64,000 bases of DNA from Candidatus Delongbacteria bacterium (GTDB taxonomy: Bacteria; CAIWAD01), in NCBI GenBank assembly GCA_963663545.1, contig OY760505.1, forward strand, positions 3,424,001 to 3,488,000, in the 5' to 3' direction. Under the pieces are notes generated by a model that worked only from the letters and a program-made list of their open reading frames with translations, was not told the origin of the DNA and ran no database searches. Within the stretch, counting starts at the first letter, position 1. Each line of letters opens with the position of its first letter. Made by a program: the position numbers and the translations under genes. Of the stretch, positions 11,314 through 21,491 are shown one piece after another.

Positions 11314-12102
11314 ATGATCAGAGCCTTGCACAGTGCAGCATCCGGCATGTTTGCTCAGCAGCTCAACATTGACAACATCGCCAACAACCTGGCTAACGTG
11401 AATACGGCAGGCTTCAAGAAGAGTCGCGCCGAGTTTCAGGATCTGTTGTACCAGAACCTGCGCACTGGCGGCATGACCAACAGTCTGGGCAATGTGGTAC
11501 CCACGGAGTTGCAGGTGGGCAGCGGCGTGCGCGCGGCGGCTGTAACACGCAACATGAGCCAGGGCTCGGTGGTGCAGACGGGGAATACGCTGGATCTGGC
11601 CATTGAAGGCGAGGGTTTTTTTCAGGTCACACGTCTGGACGGCACCATCGCCTACACACGCGACGGTAGTCTGAAGGTCAGCGATGAAGGTATTCTGCTG
11701 ACCAGCGACGGCCTGCCTCTAGAACCCGAAATCGCCATTCCAACCGGCACTGTGGAGATCACCATCAGTCGCGATGGACAGGTGGGCGCCCTGGTAGCCG
11801 GTGACTCGGAGCCGGTGCAGGTGGGCACGCTTGAGATAGCCGCCTTCTCGAATCCAGCTGGCCTGCGCGCAGTGGGACAGAATCTCTTTGTGCAGACGGC
11901 GGCCTCGGGCGAGCCGCAGGTTGGACAACCCGGCCTGGAGCAGTTCGGACAAGTCACACAGGGCTACTTGGAAGGCTCCAACGTGCAGACGGTGGAGGAG
12001 ATGGTCGCCATGATCACCGCGCAGCGCGCCTACGAGATCAATTCCAAGGCGATCAATGCCAGCGATGAAATGCTGTCGACGGCAGCCAACCTGCGGAGAT
12101 AG
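11314..12102 (+). CDS. flgG: Flagellar distal rod protein FlgG
   Basis: ANNLANVNTAGFKKSRAEFQDLLYQ; MITAQRAYEINSK. Confidence 0.96.
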   Translation: MIRALHSAASGMFAQQLNIDNIANNLANVNTAGFKKSRAEFQDLLYQNLRTGGMTNSLGNVVPTELQVGSGVRAAAVTRNMSQGSVVQTGNTLDLAIEGEGFFQVTRLDGTIAYTRDGSLKVSDEGILLTSDGLPLEPEIAIPTGTVEITISRDGQVGALVAGDSEPVQVGTLEIAAFSNPAGLRAVGQNLFVQTAASGEPQVGQPGLEQFGQVTQGYLEGSNVQTVEEMVAMITAQRAYEINSKAINASDEMLSTAANLRR

Positions 12103-12105
12103 TCC

Positions 12106-12789
12106 ATGCGTCTGCTACTGCTGCTGATCCTGACCAGTCTGTGTCACGCCGCTCCGGAAGCTCTACACGTGCGCGTGCAGCAGGCCCTGCAGCAGGTCGT
12201 TGACAACGGCCCTTGGGCAGCGCTCGACAGCGTGCAACTTGAAGTGCGCGCCTGGAGTTGCCCGGCACTTAGCGAGAGTTGCTTGCTGGAGGTCGAACCG
12301 TTGACGCAGCGTCTGCGCGGCGGCAATGTCTTTCGCGTCAGCTTTCTGGAGCAGGGACGCTTGCTGCGCAGCTTGAGCCTTAGTGCCACGGTGCGCACCT
12401 GGGAACAAGTCCCCGTTGCTGCCCGGGATCTGCCGCGCGGCCACATCCTGGGACCCGATGATCTGGCGGTGGAATGGCGTGAGACAACCCAGCTCAGTCA
12501 AGTTGATTTGCCGGCACCGACGGAAGCTCTTGGCTTGCAACTCAATCGCTACATCGCGCAGGGTAGGCTTGTGCATCACCGCATGCTGCACAAATTGCCC
12601 GACCTCGAGCGTGGTCAGCGTATCACCGTAACCGTCTCCACTGAAGGCGTGCGCGTTAGCGCTGCCGGCAAACTGGAGCAGGACGCCTGTTTGGGCGAAC
12701 TCGCGCCGGTCCGGCTGCTGGAGTCGGGGCGTCGTCTGCAAGCCCGCATCATCAGCCTCGACCAGGCCCTTGTGGAGGTAACACCATGA
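12106..12789 (+). CDS. flgA: P-ring chaperone FlgA
   Basis: Signal peptide; SAF-like VPVAARDLPRGHIL; position between flgG and flgH. Confidence 0.85.
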   Translation: MRLLLLLILTSLCHAAPEALHVRVQQALQQVVDNGPWAALDSVQLEVRAWSCPALSESCLLEVEPLTQRLRGGNVFRVSFLEQGRLLRSLSLSATVRTWEQVPVAARDLPRGHILGPDDLAVEWRETTQLSQVDLPAPTEALGLQLNRYIAQGRLVHHRMLHKLPDLERGQRITVTVSTEGVRVSAAGKLEQDACLGELAPVRLLESGRRLQARIISLDQALVEVTP

Positions 12790-13370
12790 GTCGCCGTGTA
12801 TCACGAATTGCACTAGCTGCAATACTCTGTCTGCTGATTTCTGTTGTATCACACGCCGAGCGTCTGGTGGGCAGCAGCATGTTCTGCGATCAGTCCAGTT
12901 TTCGTGTCGGGCAGTTGCTCACGGTCATCATCGATGAGAGCGGTAGCGGCAGCAATACGGCCAACGCCAACACCAAGCGCGAGGGCTCCCTTGACTTGAG
13001 CGCCAGCGCTGACGGCGGCCCCTTTACCGGGTTGCCAACGCTTTCGGGCAGCTCCAGCACGGCCAATGAGCACAAGGCCAAGGGCAGCAACGCGCGCTCC
13101 AACAGCCTGAGCGGCACGGTCACAGCTGAGATCGTTGCCATCGAAGAAGACGGTACGCTGGTCCTGGAGGGCACGCGCATCATCGAACTGGACGGCGAAC
13201 AGCAGATCACGCAATTAACCGGTCGCGTGCGTCCCGAGGATGTGCGCAGTGACAACTCGGTGTACAGCTTACACCTGGCCGACGCTGTTATCAGTTACAG
13301 CGGGCGCGGTGTGGTGGCCGACAGTCAGCGTCGCGGTGTACTCACCTATCTCTTCGGCTGGCTGTTCTAG
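12786..13370 (+). CDS. flgH: Flagellar L-ring protein FlgH
   Basis: VGQLLTVIIDE, LTGRVRPEDV, ISYSGRG. Confidence 0.9.
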   Translation: MSRRVSRIALAAILCLLISVVSHAERLVGSSMFCDQSSFRVGQLLTVIIDESGSGSNTANANTKREGSLDLSASADGGPFTGLPTLSGSSSTANEHKAKGSNARSNSLSGTVTAEIVAIEEDGTLVLEGTRIIELDGEQQITQLTGRVRPEDVRSDNSVYSLHLADAVISYSGRGVVADSQRRGVLTYLFGWLF

Positions 13371-13386
13371 TACTGGAAAGGATCTG

Positions 13387-14496
13387 ATGATGTACCGGTT
13401 TCCTCTTCGCCTTCTGTGTCTGCTGCTTCTGCTGATCGTTAGCCAGACGCAGGCCGCGCGCCTGAAGGAAATCGCCGAATTCAAGGGCGCCGAGGGAGCT
13501 GATCTCATCGGCTATGGCATTGTCGTCGGCCTGGATGGAACCGGTGATGGCAATCGCAGCATGTTTACCATTCGCAGTGTCGAGAATATGCTGCGTCGTT
13601 TCGGCATCACTCTTGAAGAAGGCCAGATCAAGCCCAAGAATGTGGCTGCGGTTACGGTTACTGCGCGCATTCCGGCCTTTGCTCACGAGGGCGATCGCAT
13701 CGACGTAACTGTCAGCTCCATTGGCGATGCCTCCAGTCTGATGGGCGGTGTTCTGTTGATGACTCCGCTGACTAACCGCGATGGCCAGACGGTTGTAGCA
13801 CGCGCCCAGGGTCCGGTGTCCATCGGTGGTTTCAACTTTGCGGCTGGCGGTAGCAGTATCCGCAAGAACTACACCCTGGTCGGCCGTGTGCCGCTGGGCG
13901 CCACAATCGAAGTAAACCAATACAGCAACCTCGTACACGACGGAGCCATGCTGGTCAGCCTTCATCAGGAGGACTTCACCAATGCCCGTCGCGTGAGTGA
14001 AGCCATAAACACAGCCTTTGGTGAGGATTTGGCCAGTGCGCTCAACGCGGGCATGATACGTGTGCAGGTGCCGGGCGAACTGGCCGCAGGTGCCAGCGGA
14101 GCCGCGCGTGTGGTAGAAATGGCTTCGATTATCGAGAACCTCGAAATCGATCCGGATGTGGTGGCCAAGGTGGTCATCAACGAGCGCACGGGTACTGTCG
14201 TCGTGGGCAGCAACGTGGCCCTGCTGCCGGTAGCGGTAGCTCACGGCAGTCTTTCGGTTGTCATCAAGAGCACCAATGAAGGACAGCAGCTTGGCAGTTA
14301 CAGTTCCTTCAGTAACGAGAGTGAAATCACGGTGAGCAGCGAAGAGGCACATCTGGTGATGCTGGACAACATGGCCAACGTCAACGGTGTAGCACGTGCG
14401 CTGAATACTCTTGGTGTATCACCCAGGGATATCATCTCAATCTTTCAGTTGCTGAAAGAGGCGGGTGCCCTGCAGGCTGAACTGGTGATCATCTGA
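13387..14496 (+). CDS. flgI: Flagellar P-ring protein FlgI
   Basis: LIGYGIVVGLDGTGD, KNVAAV, INERTGTVV, AGALQAEL; start ATG 13387 or 13390. Confidence 0.96.
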   Translation: MMYRFPLRLLCLLLLLIVSQTQAARLKEIAEFKGAEGADLIGYGIVVGLDGTGDGNRSMFTIRSVENMLRRFGITLEEGQIKPKNVAAVTVTARIPAFAHEGDRIDVTVSSIGDASSLMGGVLLMTPLTNRDGQTVVARAQGPVSIGGFNFAAGGSSIRKNYTLVGRVPLGATIEVNQYSNLVHDGAMLVSLHQEDFTNARRVSEAINTAFGEDLASALNAGMIRVQVPGELAAGASGAARVVEMASIIENLEIDPDVVAKVVINERTGTVVVGSNVALLPVAVAHGSLSVVIKSTNEGQQLGSYSSFSNESEITVSSEEAHLVMLDNMANVNGVARALNTLGVSPRDIISIFQLLKEAGALQAELVII

Positions 14497-15314
14497 TGAA
14501 AGTGGACGCAGCACAGCAGGCCGCATTGACGGCGCTGACGACGCAGCAAGAGCGCGCCAGTGATACAATCGCAAGTGATGCGCGTGTGCGTGATGCAAGC
14601 ATTGCCTTCGAGCGCCTGCTGATTGAGCAAATGCTGCAGTCGATGGAACGCACCCTGGAGGGTGGTCTGACGGGTTCCCGCGGAACCGCGGCCGATTACT
14701 TCGAAGGCATCTTCAATCAGGAATTGTCGCAGGAAATCAGCGGCAGTAATGGTCTGGGCCTGGCGCGCAGCATGTATGAGGAAGTCACCGGAAAACCCTG
14801 GCCTGAAGACCAGCAGACTTCGACGAATCTTCCCGTATCACGAAATGCGGGCAGTACGCTACCCGGCTGGCTTGATCGTCTGCAACGCGAGGTTTCTACC
14901 GAGTCACGTGTAACACGTCCCGACGCTCTGCGTGAAAGCGAACTGCGCGTGATGGCGCGTGATACAGCTTCTGCCGCCGGGCTCGATCCTGACTGGGTCG
15001 AGGCGCTGGTGGAGTGTGAGAGCGCCTGGGACAGCCGAGCCTGCTCCCGCAAGGGAGCCATGGGGCTTATGCAATTGATGCCCGCGACGGCTGATGAGTT
15101 GGGGGTTGAGAATCCCTGGGATGCGCAGCAAAACCTGGAAGGCGGCGTTCGCTACCTGTCCAGCCTGCTTGAGCGCTTCGAGGGCGATCGTGTACTGGCT
15201 GCGGCCGCATACAACGCGGGCCCCGAAGCCGTGACACGCTACGGCGGCGTGCCGCCCTATCCGGAAACAGAACAGTATGTGCAGCGAATCGAGCGCAAAC
15301 TCCAAGGAGAATGA
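14496..15314 (+). CDS. flgJ: FlgJ-like rod-binding domain fused to an SLT lytic transglycosylase
   Basis: N-terminal FERLLIEQMLQSM...GLGLARSMY; C-terminal ESAW, GAMGLMQLMP, AAYNAGP, ETEQYV. Confidence 0.8.
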   Translation: MKVDAAQQAALTALTTQQERASDTIASDARVRDASIAFERLLIEQMLQSMERTLEGGLTGSRGTAADYFEGIFNQELSQEISGSNGLGLARSMYEEVTGKPWPEDQQTSTNLPVSRNAGSTLPGWLDRLQREVSTESRVTRPDALRESELRVMARDTASAAGLDPDWVEALVECESAWDSRACSRKGAMGLMQLMPATADELGVENPWDAQQNLEGGVRYLSSLLERFEGDRVLAAAAYNAGPEAVTRYGGVPPYPETEQYVQRIERKLQGE

Positions 15315-15315
15315 A

Positions 15316-15825
15316 ATGGGCGATGCCGGCAAGCTTGTTCTTGTGTTGGCCGACGCACTGGCAAAACAGGGCGATCTCTTCAAACAGCTGCACGAGCAGC
15401 TCGAGGGACAACGGGATGCCATTCGCAAGGTGGACATACCCGCTCTGGAAGCTCGCACACTGCGCATCGAGGAATTGAACGCCCTGATCCAGCAGCAGGA
15501 CGAACTGCGTCGCAACAGCCTTGCGCAACTGGAAGAGCTGATGGGACACGAAGCGGGAACGCTGACCTTGCGCGAAGTGGCCGTTTTGCAGGAACCCGCA
15601 CTGCGCCAGCGTCTGCAACACAGTGGCGAGGCCCTGCGCCTGCATCTGCACCGTGTAGCCAATTTGCGGCCGCAAGTGCAACTGATGATCGAGCGCAGTC
15701 TGGCCTTCTCGCGCCGCAGCATGGACTGGTTGCGACGACTGCATCAGCGTGGTGGCACGTACGGACCGGACGCGCGCCTGCATCAGCCCAGCACGGGCAG
15801 CGTCGCAATTGATCGGACTGCCTGA
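15316..15825 (+). CDS. flgN: Flagellar export chaperone FlgN-like
   Basis: Helical ~170 aa protein directly upstream of flgK; ends SVAIDRTA. Confidence 0.7.
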   Translation: MGDAGKLVLVLADALAKQGDLFKQLHEQLEGQRDAIRKVDIPALEARTLRIEELNALIQQQDELRRNSLAQLEELMGHEAGTLTLREVAVLQEPALRQRLQHSGEALRLHLHRVANLRPQVQLMIERSLAFSRRSMDWLRRLHQRGGTYGPDARLHQPSTGSVAIDRTA

Positions 15826-17207
15826 TGTCCAGCATTAATGGAGCCCTGGATGCGGCTAAAAGTGCGCTGCTTACGCACCAGATGGCCATTTCCACAACGG
15901 GGCACAATATTTCCAACGTCAACACCGAAGGCTACAGCCGTCAGCGCTTGCTTATCGAGCCGCGACTGGGGCAGGAGTACATGGGCAATCGCCTGGGTGC
16001 CGGTGTCATTCCGTTGGAAGTATCACGCTATCGCAACGAGTTCTACGACTACGAGTATCGTCGCGAAGCCAGTGCTGAAGGTGAATGGGGCGTTAATGCT
16101 GATCAGATGTCGATGGTGGAGGCCATCTTCGGTGATCCAAGCGACAGCGCGCTTTCAACGGCCTTCAACGATTTCTGGAATGCGTGGAGCGATCTGGCCA
16201 ACTATCCGGAAGACCTCGCCATGCGTCAGGTGCTGGTGGAGCGCGCGGACACACTGTGTCAGTCTTTCCATGGCGTGGCTGGTGATCTGCAGCAGATGCG
16301 TTTTGATCTCAACGAAGAGGTGGAGCTGGATACCAGCGAGATCAATCGCCTGGCCGGGGAGATTCAGATTCTCAACCAGAAGATCTTTACGGCAGAGGTT
16401 GGCGGAGTGGAAGCACCGGACCTTCGTGATACTCGTGATCGACTGCTGGACGAGCTCGCTGGTTTTGCTGACATCACCTGGGAGGAGAGCGCCAGCGGCA
16501 CTTTTCGCGTCTATCTAAGCGGCCGTGCGCTGGTGGATGGACAGCATCGCCTGAGCCTTGAGAACTACCGCGACGTCAGTGACGAGACAGTCATCAGCGG
16601 TGTGCGCTGGACGGACAGTGACTACGATCTGCAACTGGAGTCTGGATCGTTGGCCGCTAAACTGACCATGCGTGACGAGGTGATTCCCAGTTACCAGGAG
16701 GACCTGAACGACCTTGCCAATGCCCTTGTGACACAAGTCAACGCCCTGCACAGCGATGGTTACAACCTAAACGGCACGACCGGGCTGAATTTCTTTTCCG
16801 GCGGTATGCTGACGGCCGAGACCATTACTCTTGACAGGCTGATCGAGAATAACCCCGACCTGGTGGCCGCCAGCGAAGACGGTGGTGAAGGCAATGCAGA
16901 CATTGCGAACGCCATCTCAGAACTGCGTGATACACCGTCGGGAATCCTGGGTGGTGCCTCCATTGAAGAAGCTTACAGCCGCATCTACTCCCGGCTGGGC
17001 AGCGAGACAAGTACGGCGTCCACGACATACGAATCCCAGCAGGATTTCGTGCAGGAGATGGAAAACCGTCGCCAGTCGGTGATGGGTGTGAACCTGGATG
17101 AAGAGATGACCCTGCTGCTGCAGCAACAGCAGGCCTTTCAGGCCGCGTCTCGCATGGTCACTGTAATCGACGAGTTGATTCAGACGGTAATCGGATTGGG
17201 AATGTGA
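15825..17207 (+). CDS. flgK: Hook-associated protein FlgK
   Basis: TGHNISNVNTEGYSRQR; GVNLDEEM. Confidence 0.96.
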   Translation: MSSINGALDAAKSALLTHQMAISTTGHNISNVNTEGYSRQRLLIEPRLGQEYMGNRLGAGVIPLEVSRYRNEFYDYEYRREASAEGEWGVNADQMSMVEAIFGDPSDSALSTAFNDFWNAWSDLANYPEDLAMRQVLVERADTLCQSFHGVAGDLQQMRFDLNEEVELDTSEINRLAGEIQILNQKIFTAEVGGVEAPDLRDTRDRLLDELAGFADITWEESASGTFRVYLSGRALVDGQHRLSLENYRDVSDETVISGVRWTDSDYDLQLESGSLAAKLTMRDEVIPSYQEDLNDLANALVTQVNALHSDGYNLNGTTGLNFFSGGMLTAETITLDRLIENNPDLVAASEDGGEGNADIANAISELRDTPSGILGGASIEEAYSRIYSRLGSETSTASTTYESQQDFVQEMENRRQSVMGVNLDEEMTLLLQQQQAFQAASRMVTVIDELIQTVIGLGM

Positions 17208-17257
17208 TACGAAGACGGGCACTAAACGCTGACCCGCATTCGCTGGAAAGGTGAGAC

Positions 17258-18181
17258 ATGCGTATCTCGAATCTGATGCGGACTTCGAACCAGATGCTGA
17301 CCCTAGAGCGTCGCACGGACAACTACTACAAGGCCAATACGGTGCTGAGCACTGGTCAGACGGTGAACAAGGCCAGCGACGATCCCGTGCAGGCGGCCCG
17401 CATTGTGCGTCTGAATGGTGCCATTGAACGCAATATGCAGTACCAGCGCAACGTTGACTCGGCGCGCACGTATTTGAGCCACACGGAACTGAGTCTGCGC
17501 AAGGTTGAAGAGCATCTGCAGAAAGCACGAAGCCTGGCGGTGCAAGGTGACTCGGACACCTACACCGATGCCGAACGCGAAATGCTGGCGGTTGAAGTCA
17601 ATAACCTGCTGGAAGAGCTGGTGGCCGAGGGCAACCGCAAGTTCCTGGGACGCTATCTCTATTCGGGCACGCACACCGACAGCGCGGCTTTCAATGCGGT
17701 TCGTGATGCAAACGGTGATATCACTGGTGTCAGTGAAAACACGGAAGGCACCAATGGTACCATCAATGTGCAGGTGACCGAGAACGAGTCCATTCAAGTC
17801 AATCTGGGCGGTCTGGACGTAATGATGAGCGGCGAGGCCGGTAGTGAGGGCGACATATTCGAGGCCATCATCGGCCTGCGTGATGCCCTTCGCGACGGCG
17901 ACATGGATACCATTGGCAACTCCATCACCCGCATCGATACAGCACTAGACAACATCGATGCCCAACGCGCGGTTATCGGTGTGCGCGTGCAGTACGTCGA
18001 CGAAACCATGGATCGCCTCTACGCACGTGAAGAGACTCTTTCCGATGACATCGGTCTGGCGCGTGATGCAGATATTGCCCAGGCCACCATGGATTTCTCT
18101 GTGGCGGAAGCTGGCTATCAAGCCGCGCTGGCGGCTACGTCGCGCACATTGGAACTCTCGCTGCTCAGTTTCCTCGAGTAG
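17258..18181 (+). CDS. flgL: Hook-associated protein FlgL
   Basis: MRIS, STG...KASDDP, GRYLYSG, SLLSFL; follows flgK. Confidence 0.93.
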   Translation: MRISNLMRTSNQMLTLERRTDNYYKANTVLSTGQTVNKASDDPVQAARIVRLNGAIERNMQYQRNVDSARTYLSHTELSLRKVEEHLQKARSLAVQGDSDTYTDAEREMLAVEVNNLLEELVAEGNRKFLGRYLYSGTHTDSAAFNAVRDANGDITGVSENTEGTNGTINVQVTENESIQVNLGGLDVMMSGEAGSEGDIFEAIIGLRDALRDGDMDTIGNSITRIDTALDNIDAQRAVIGVRVQYVDETMDRLYAREETLSDDIGLARDADIAQATMDFSVAEAGYQAALAATSRTLELSLLSFLE

Positions 18182-18305
18182 TCAGACTGCAGGTAGCGCA
18201 CGTGATACAGCGGTCACAAAGTGGCCGTTTTTCATCTACAGCTTTCCTGGAACCTGGCGGGGCTTTGTGCCACATTGATCGCAGATCATCATGCGGAGGT
18301 GTGGG

Positions 18306-19493
18306 ATGAACAAGCGCTTCACCGTTCCCTTACTGTTGTTCCTGCTGACGGCCATTGCGCTGGCGCAAGTGGATTTTGACGCAGCGCGCAAGCGTACTAC
18401 GGCAAGCTGGCAGCAGCGTCAGCAACAGGTACAATCCAGCTGGAGCCAGCGTCAGGAAGCCCTGGAGCAGAACTGGGACGAGCACGTACGCCGCGTGCGC
18501 CAATCTTGGGCCGATCAGCGTTTGCCATCGCGCGAAGAATTCGTGAGCTACGCCGACAACTATCATAGCCGTACCACTGTCACCTTTAGTGATGAAGCCG
18601 AGCGCAAACCAGGGCTGGTGGTGGAAGTGCTGGTGCCTGCTTCCAGCAAGGACAAACAGGCTGAGGCGAAGCGCGTGATGCAGGGGGAGCTGGCGCGTTT
18701 CCGCGAGGAGAATGGAGAGTCCGTCGCTGCCACCATCAGCGATGGCCAGGGCGGAACCTTGGCCGAGGCCGACGACAACCTCCTGGCAGAACAGCTTGTG
18801 TCACAAGCCGAAGCTCACACGGAGCACACTCCTGAAGGCGAAGATGTGATACGCTACGAATTGGTGCTTCCTGCGGTACCGGATCATCTGCAGAAGCGCG
18901 CCGAGTGCTGGAGACCTCGGGTGCAGGAGATGGCCGCGTACTACGAGTTGCCAGCGGATCTGGTCTTTGCTGTGATACAGACCGAGAGCTACTTCAATGC
19001 CAATGCCCGCAGTCACGTTCCCGCCTTCGGCCTGATGCAGCTTGTGCCCCGTTATGGTGGCGCGGAGGCATGGGAGATGGTAAAGGGACGGGCGGGCGAA
19101 CCCAGTCCCGGCTACCTCTACGTGGGCGAAAACAACATCGAGCTCGGAGCCGCCTATCTGCACAAGTTGCGCTACACCTACTACCGGGGGGTGCAGGACG
19201 ATGCCAAAGCGCATCTCCTAATCATCTGCGCCTACAATACAGGGCCGGGAAATGTCAACCGCGCTCTGACCAGCAGCGGTGGCAGCGTACGCCAGACAAG
19301 CGGCAAGAATCGTGGCTTTAAGAAGCCGCAGAATGCATCTAGCTCCTTTGGTCCTGCGCTGGAAGTCGTCGAACGCATGAGCATCGAGGAACTGCGCGAG
19401 AAGCTCTTGCACGATCTGCCCTGGGAGGAAACCGTCGGCTACCTGGAAAAAGTGAGCGAGCGACGGGCCAATTATCTGGCCTGGTCACACTAG
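18306..19493 (+). CDS. MltC-like lytic murein transglycosylase
   Basis: Signal peptide; IQTESYFN, AFGLMQLVP, NIELGAAYL, AYNTGPGNV; RBS GGAGG. Confidence 0.85.
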   Translation: MNKRFTVPLLLFLLTAIALAQVDFDAARKRTTASWQQRQQQVQSSWSQRQEALEQNWDEHVRRVRQSWADQRLPSREEFVSYADNYHSRTTVTFSDEAERKPGLVVEVLVPASSKDKQAEAKRVMQGELARFREENGESVAATISDGQGGTLAEADDNLLAEQLVSQAEAHTEHTPEGEDVIRYELVLPAVPDHLQKRAECWRPRVQEMAAYYELPADLVFAVIQTESYFNANARSHVPAFGLMQLVPRYGGAEAWEMVKGRAGEPSPGYLYVGENNIELGAAYLHKLRYTYYRGVQDDAKAHLLIICAYNTGPGNVNRALTSSGGSVRQTSGKNRGFKKPQNASSSFGPALEVVERMSIEELREKLLHDLPWEETVGYLEKVSERRANYLAWSH

Positions 19494-19510
19494 CAGGATG
19501 GTCTGAGAAA

Positions 19511-19542
19511 GAAAAAGCCCCGTGTGATACGAGGCTTTTTTC
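19511..19542. terminator. Bidirectional terminator between convergent genes
   Basis: AAAAAGCC-CCGT-gtgat-ACGA-GGCTTTTTT. Confidence 0.8.
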
Positions 19543-19561
19543 ATAGCGTGATACACACCGA

Positions 19562-20740
19562 TCAAGCGAGCGCGTGCTGCAGGTCGTCGATCATGTCATC
19601 AACGTGCTCAATGCCCACAGAGATACGAACCAGGCCGTCCGTGATCCCTGCCTGACGGCGAGTCTCGGGTGCCATGCCCGCATGCGTCATGCTGGCGGGA
19701 TGCTGAATCAGACTCTCAACGCCGCCCAGGCTGACGGCCAGTGTGAAGAGGCTGACTTTGTCCATCAGACCCTTGCCAGCTTCCAGGCCACCCTTCAACT
19801 CGAGGGTGATCATGGCGCCTGGCAACCGCATCTGGCGCTTGGCCAACTCGTGCTGCGGATGGCTCTCCAGGCCGGGATACCAGACGCGGGCGACGGCGGG
19901 ATGCTGCTCGAGGAAGGCGGCGACTTTAGCCGCGTTCTCGCTCTGACGCTCCACGCGCAGGGCCAGGGTTTTGATCCCACGATGTACCAGGAAGGCCTGA
20001 TGCGGATCCATGGTGCCACCCAGGGTGTTCAGCTCCTTGCGGCAGCGCGCAAAGGCTTCCTCGTCGCGCACAATGACAATACCGGCAACCACGTCGGAGT
20101 GGCCGTTCAAGGATTTGGTCATGCTGTGCACAATCACGTCGGCACCCAGGTCGAAGGGCTTCTGTAACACGGGACCGGCGAAGGTGTTGTCGACGATCAC
20201 CTTTGCGCTGGCTGCGTGAGCGATCTCCGATACTTTCTCGATGTCGATGATTGCCAGGGTGGGATTGCCGGGGGTCTCGAAGTAGACCACGCGCGTATTG
20301 GAACGCATGTGAGCTTTCACCGTGGCCGGATCGGTCATGTCGATGAAGTCCGCCTCTACGCCAAAACGCTGGAAAATAGCCGAAAGCAGAGTCTCGGTTG
20401 GGCCATAGACCGCATTGCTGCAAAGGACGTGATCGCCCTGGCGCAGATGAGCCGAAAGCGCAGTGTTGATCGCGGCCATTCCACTGGCACAGGCAAGGCC
20501 CTTGAAACCACCTTCAAGCACGGCAACGGCGTCTTCAACAGCCTGCACGGTCGGGTTGCGTAGACGGGTATAAATGTAGCCCTGACGCTTGCCGGCGAAA
20601 AGCTCGGCCCCCTGGTCGGCGTTGTCGAAAGCGAAGGTGCTGACCTGATAAATCGGCACAACCACGGCACCGTGTTGATCGTCCGGAGCACCGGCGTGAA
20701 TCACCTGCGTCTGCATGTGCGCAGCACGAATATCCTTCAT
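19562..20740 (-). CDS. Methionine gamma-lyase / trans-sulfuration PLP enzyme
   Basis: YIYTRLRNPT, ASGMAAI, VDNTF, HSMTKSLNGHSD, AVSLGGVESLIQHPASMTH. Confidence 0.9.
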   Translation of the reverse strand: MKDIRAAHMQTQVIHAGAPDDQHGAVVVPIYQVSTFAFDNADQGAELFAGKRQGYIYTRLRNPTVQAVEDAVAVLEGGFKGLACASGMAAINTALSAHLRQGDHVLCSNAVYGPTETLLSAIFQRFGVEADFIDMTDPATVKAHMRSNTRVVYFETPGNPTLAIIDIEKVSEIAHAASAKVIVDNTFAGPVLQKPFDLGADVIVHSMTKSLNGHSDVVAGIVIVRDEEAFARCRKELNTLGGTMDPHQAFLVHRGIKTLALRVERQSENAAKVAAFLEQHPAVARVWYPGLESHPQHELAKRQMRLPGAMITLELKGGLEAGKGLMDKVSLFTLAVSLGGVESLIQHPASMTHAGMAPETRRQAGITDGLVRISVGIEHVDDMIDDLQHALA

Positions 20741-20878
20741 TGGAATCTCCTGTTCATAGGAATGAAAGGCTGAATCAATCAAACGGAAGTGGCTGATGCA
20801 AATTGTACAGCAATGAAGCGGTCCGGTGCTTGCAAGTGCGTTTGCTACCTTGTGCCTTTCAATTCAAATGGGGAATAC

Positions 20879-21484
20879 ATGGGACTGCAATCTGTTCTTC
20901 AGCGGCGCCGTATTCTGGTCAGCCGTTTCTTTGCACTGTTGGCGCTCTTGGTGCTTCTGTTTACTACGATGCCCATCAGCACCTGTACTCTGGCGACGGA
21001 TGTGCTGCACTGGTTGGGCTTTTTGCTGATCATGGTCTGCGTGTTCGGTCGTTTGTGGAGCCTGCTGTATCTCACAGGCTACAAGACAACGCGATTGATC
21101 GACCAGGGCCCCTTCAGCATCATGCGCAATCCGCTCTACTTCTTCAGCTCGTTGGGCGCCTTGGGTTTTGGTCTGGTGGCCAACCATTTGCTGTTGCTGG
21201 GCGGGATCCTGCTGGCATTTCTCGTGTATTACCCTTTTGTCGTCATTTCTGAGGAGCAGCATCTGCGTCGTGATTTGGGTGACGAATACAAAGCGTACTG
21301 CGGACGTGTCAATCGCTTTCTGCCGCGCTTTTCCGGTTTGCAGCAGCCCGACGTATGGGAGTTGCGCGCCCGCAAGTACAGCCGCGTCTATCTGGATGTC
21401 ATCTGGTTCCCGGTGGCGTATATGCTCATCCGCCTCTTGCTGCAACTCAAGGCGCAGGGGTTGATTCCCGTGTTGTGGAGTTAG
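20879..21484 (+). CDS. Isoprenylcysteine carboxylmethyltransferase/PEMT family membrane protein
   Basis: LIDQGPFSIMRNPLY, EEQHL...GDEYKAYCGRVNRFLP. Confidence 0.88.
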   Translation: MGLQSVLQRRRILVSRFFALLALLVLLFTTMPISTCTLATDVLHWLGFLLIMVCVFGRLWSLLYLTGYKTTRLIDQGPFSIMRNPLYFFSSLGALGFGLVANHLLLLGGILLAFLVYYPFVVISEEQHLRRDLGDEYKAYCGRVNRFLPRFSGLQQPDVWELRARKYSRVYLDVIWFPVAYMLIRLLLQLKAQGLIPVLWS

Positions 21485-21491
21485 AGGACTT

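Noticed and set aside
17223..17249. Sigma28-like promoter TAAA-N15-GCTGGAAA before flgL
   Set aside because: Weak -10 match that overlaps the RBS; the TSS would fall almost on the ATG
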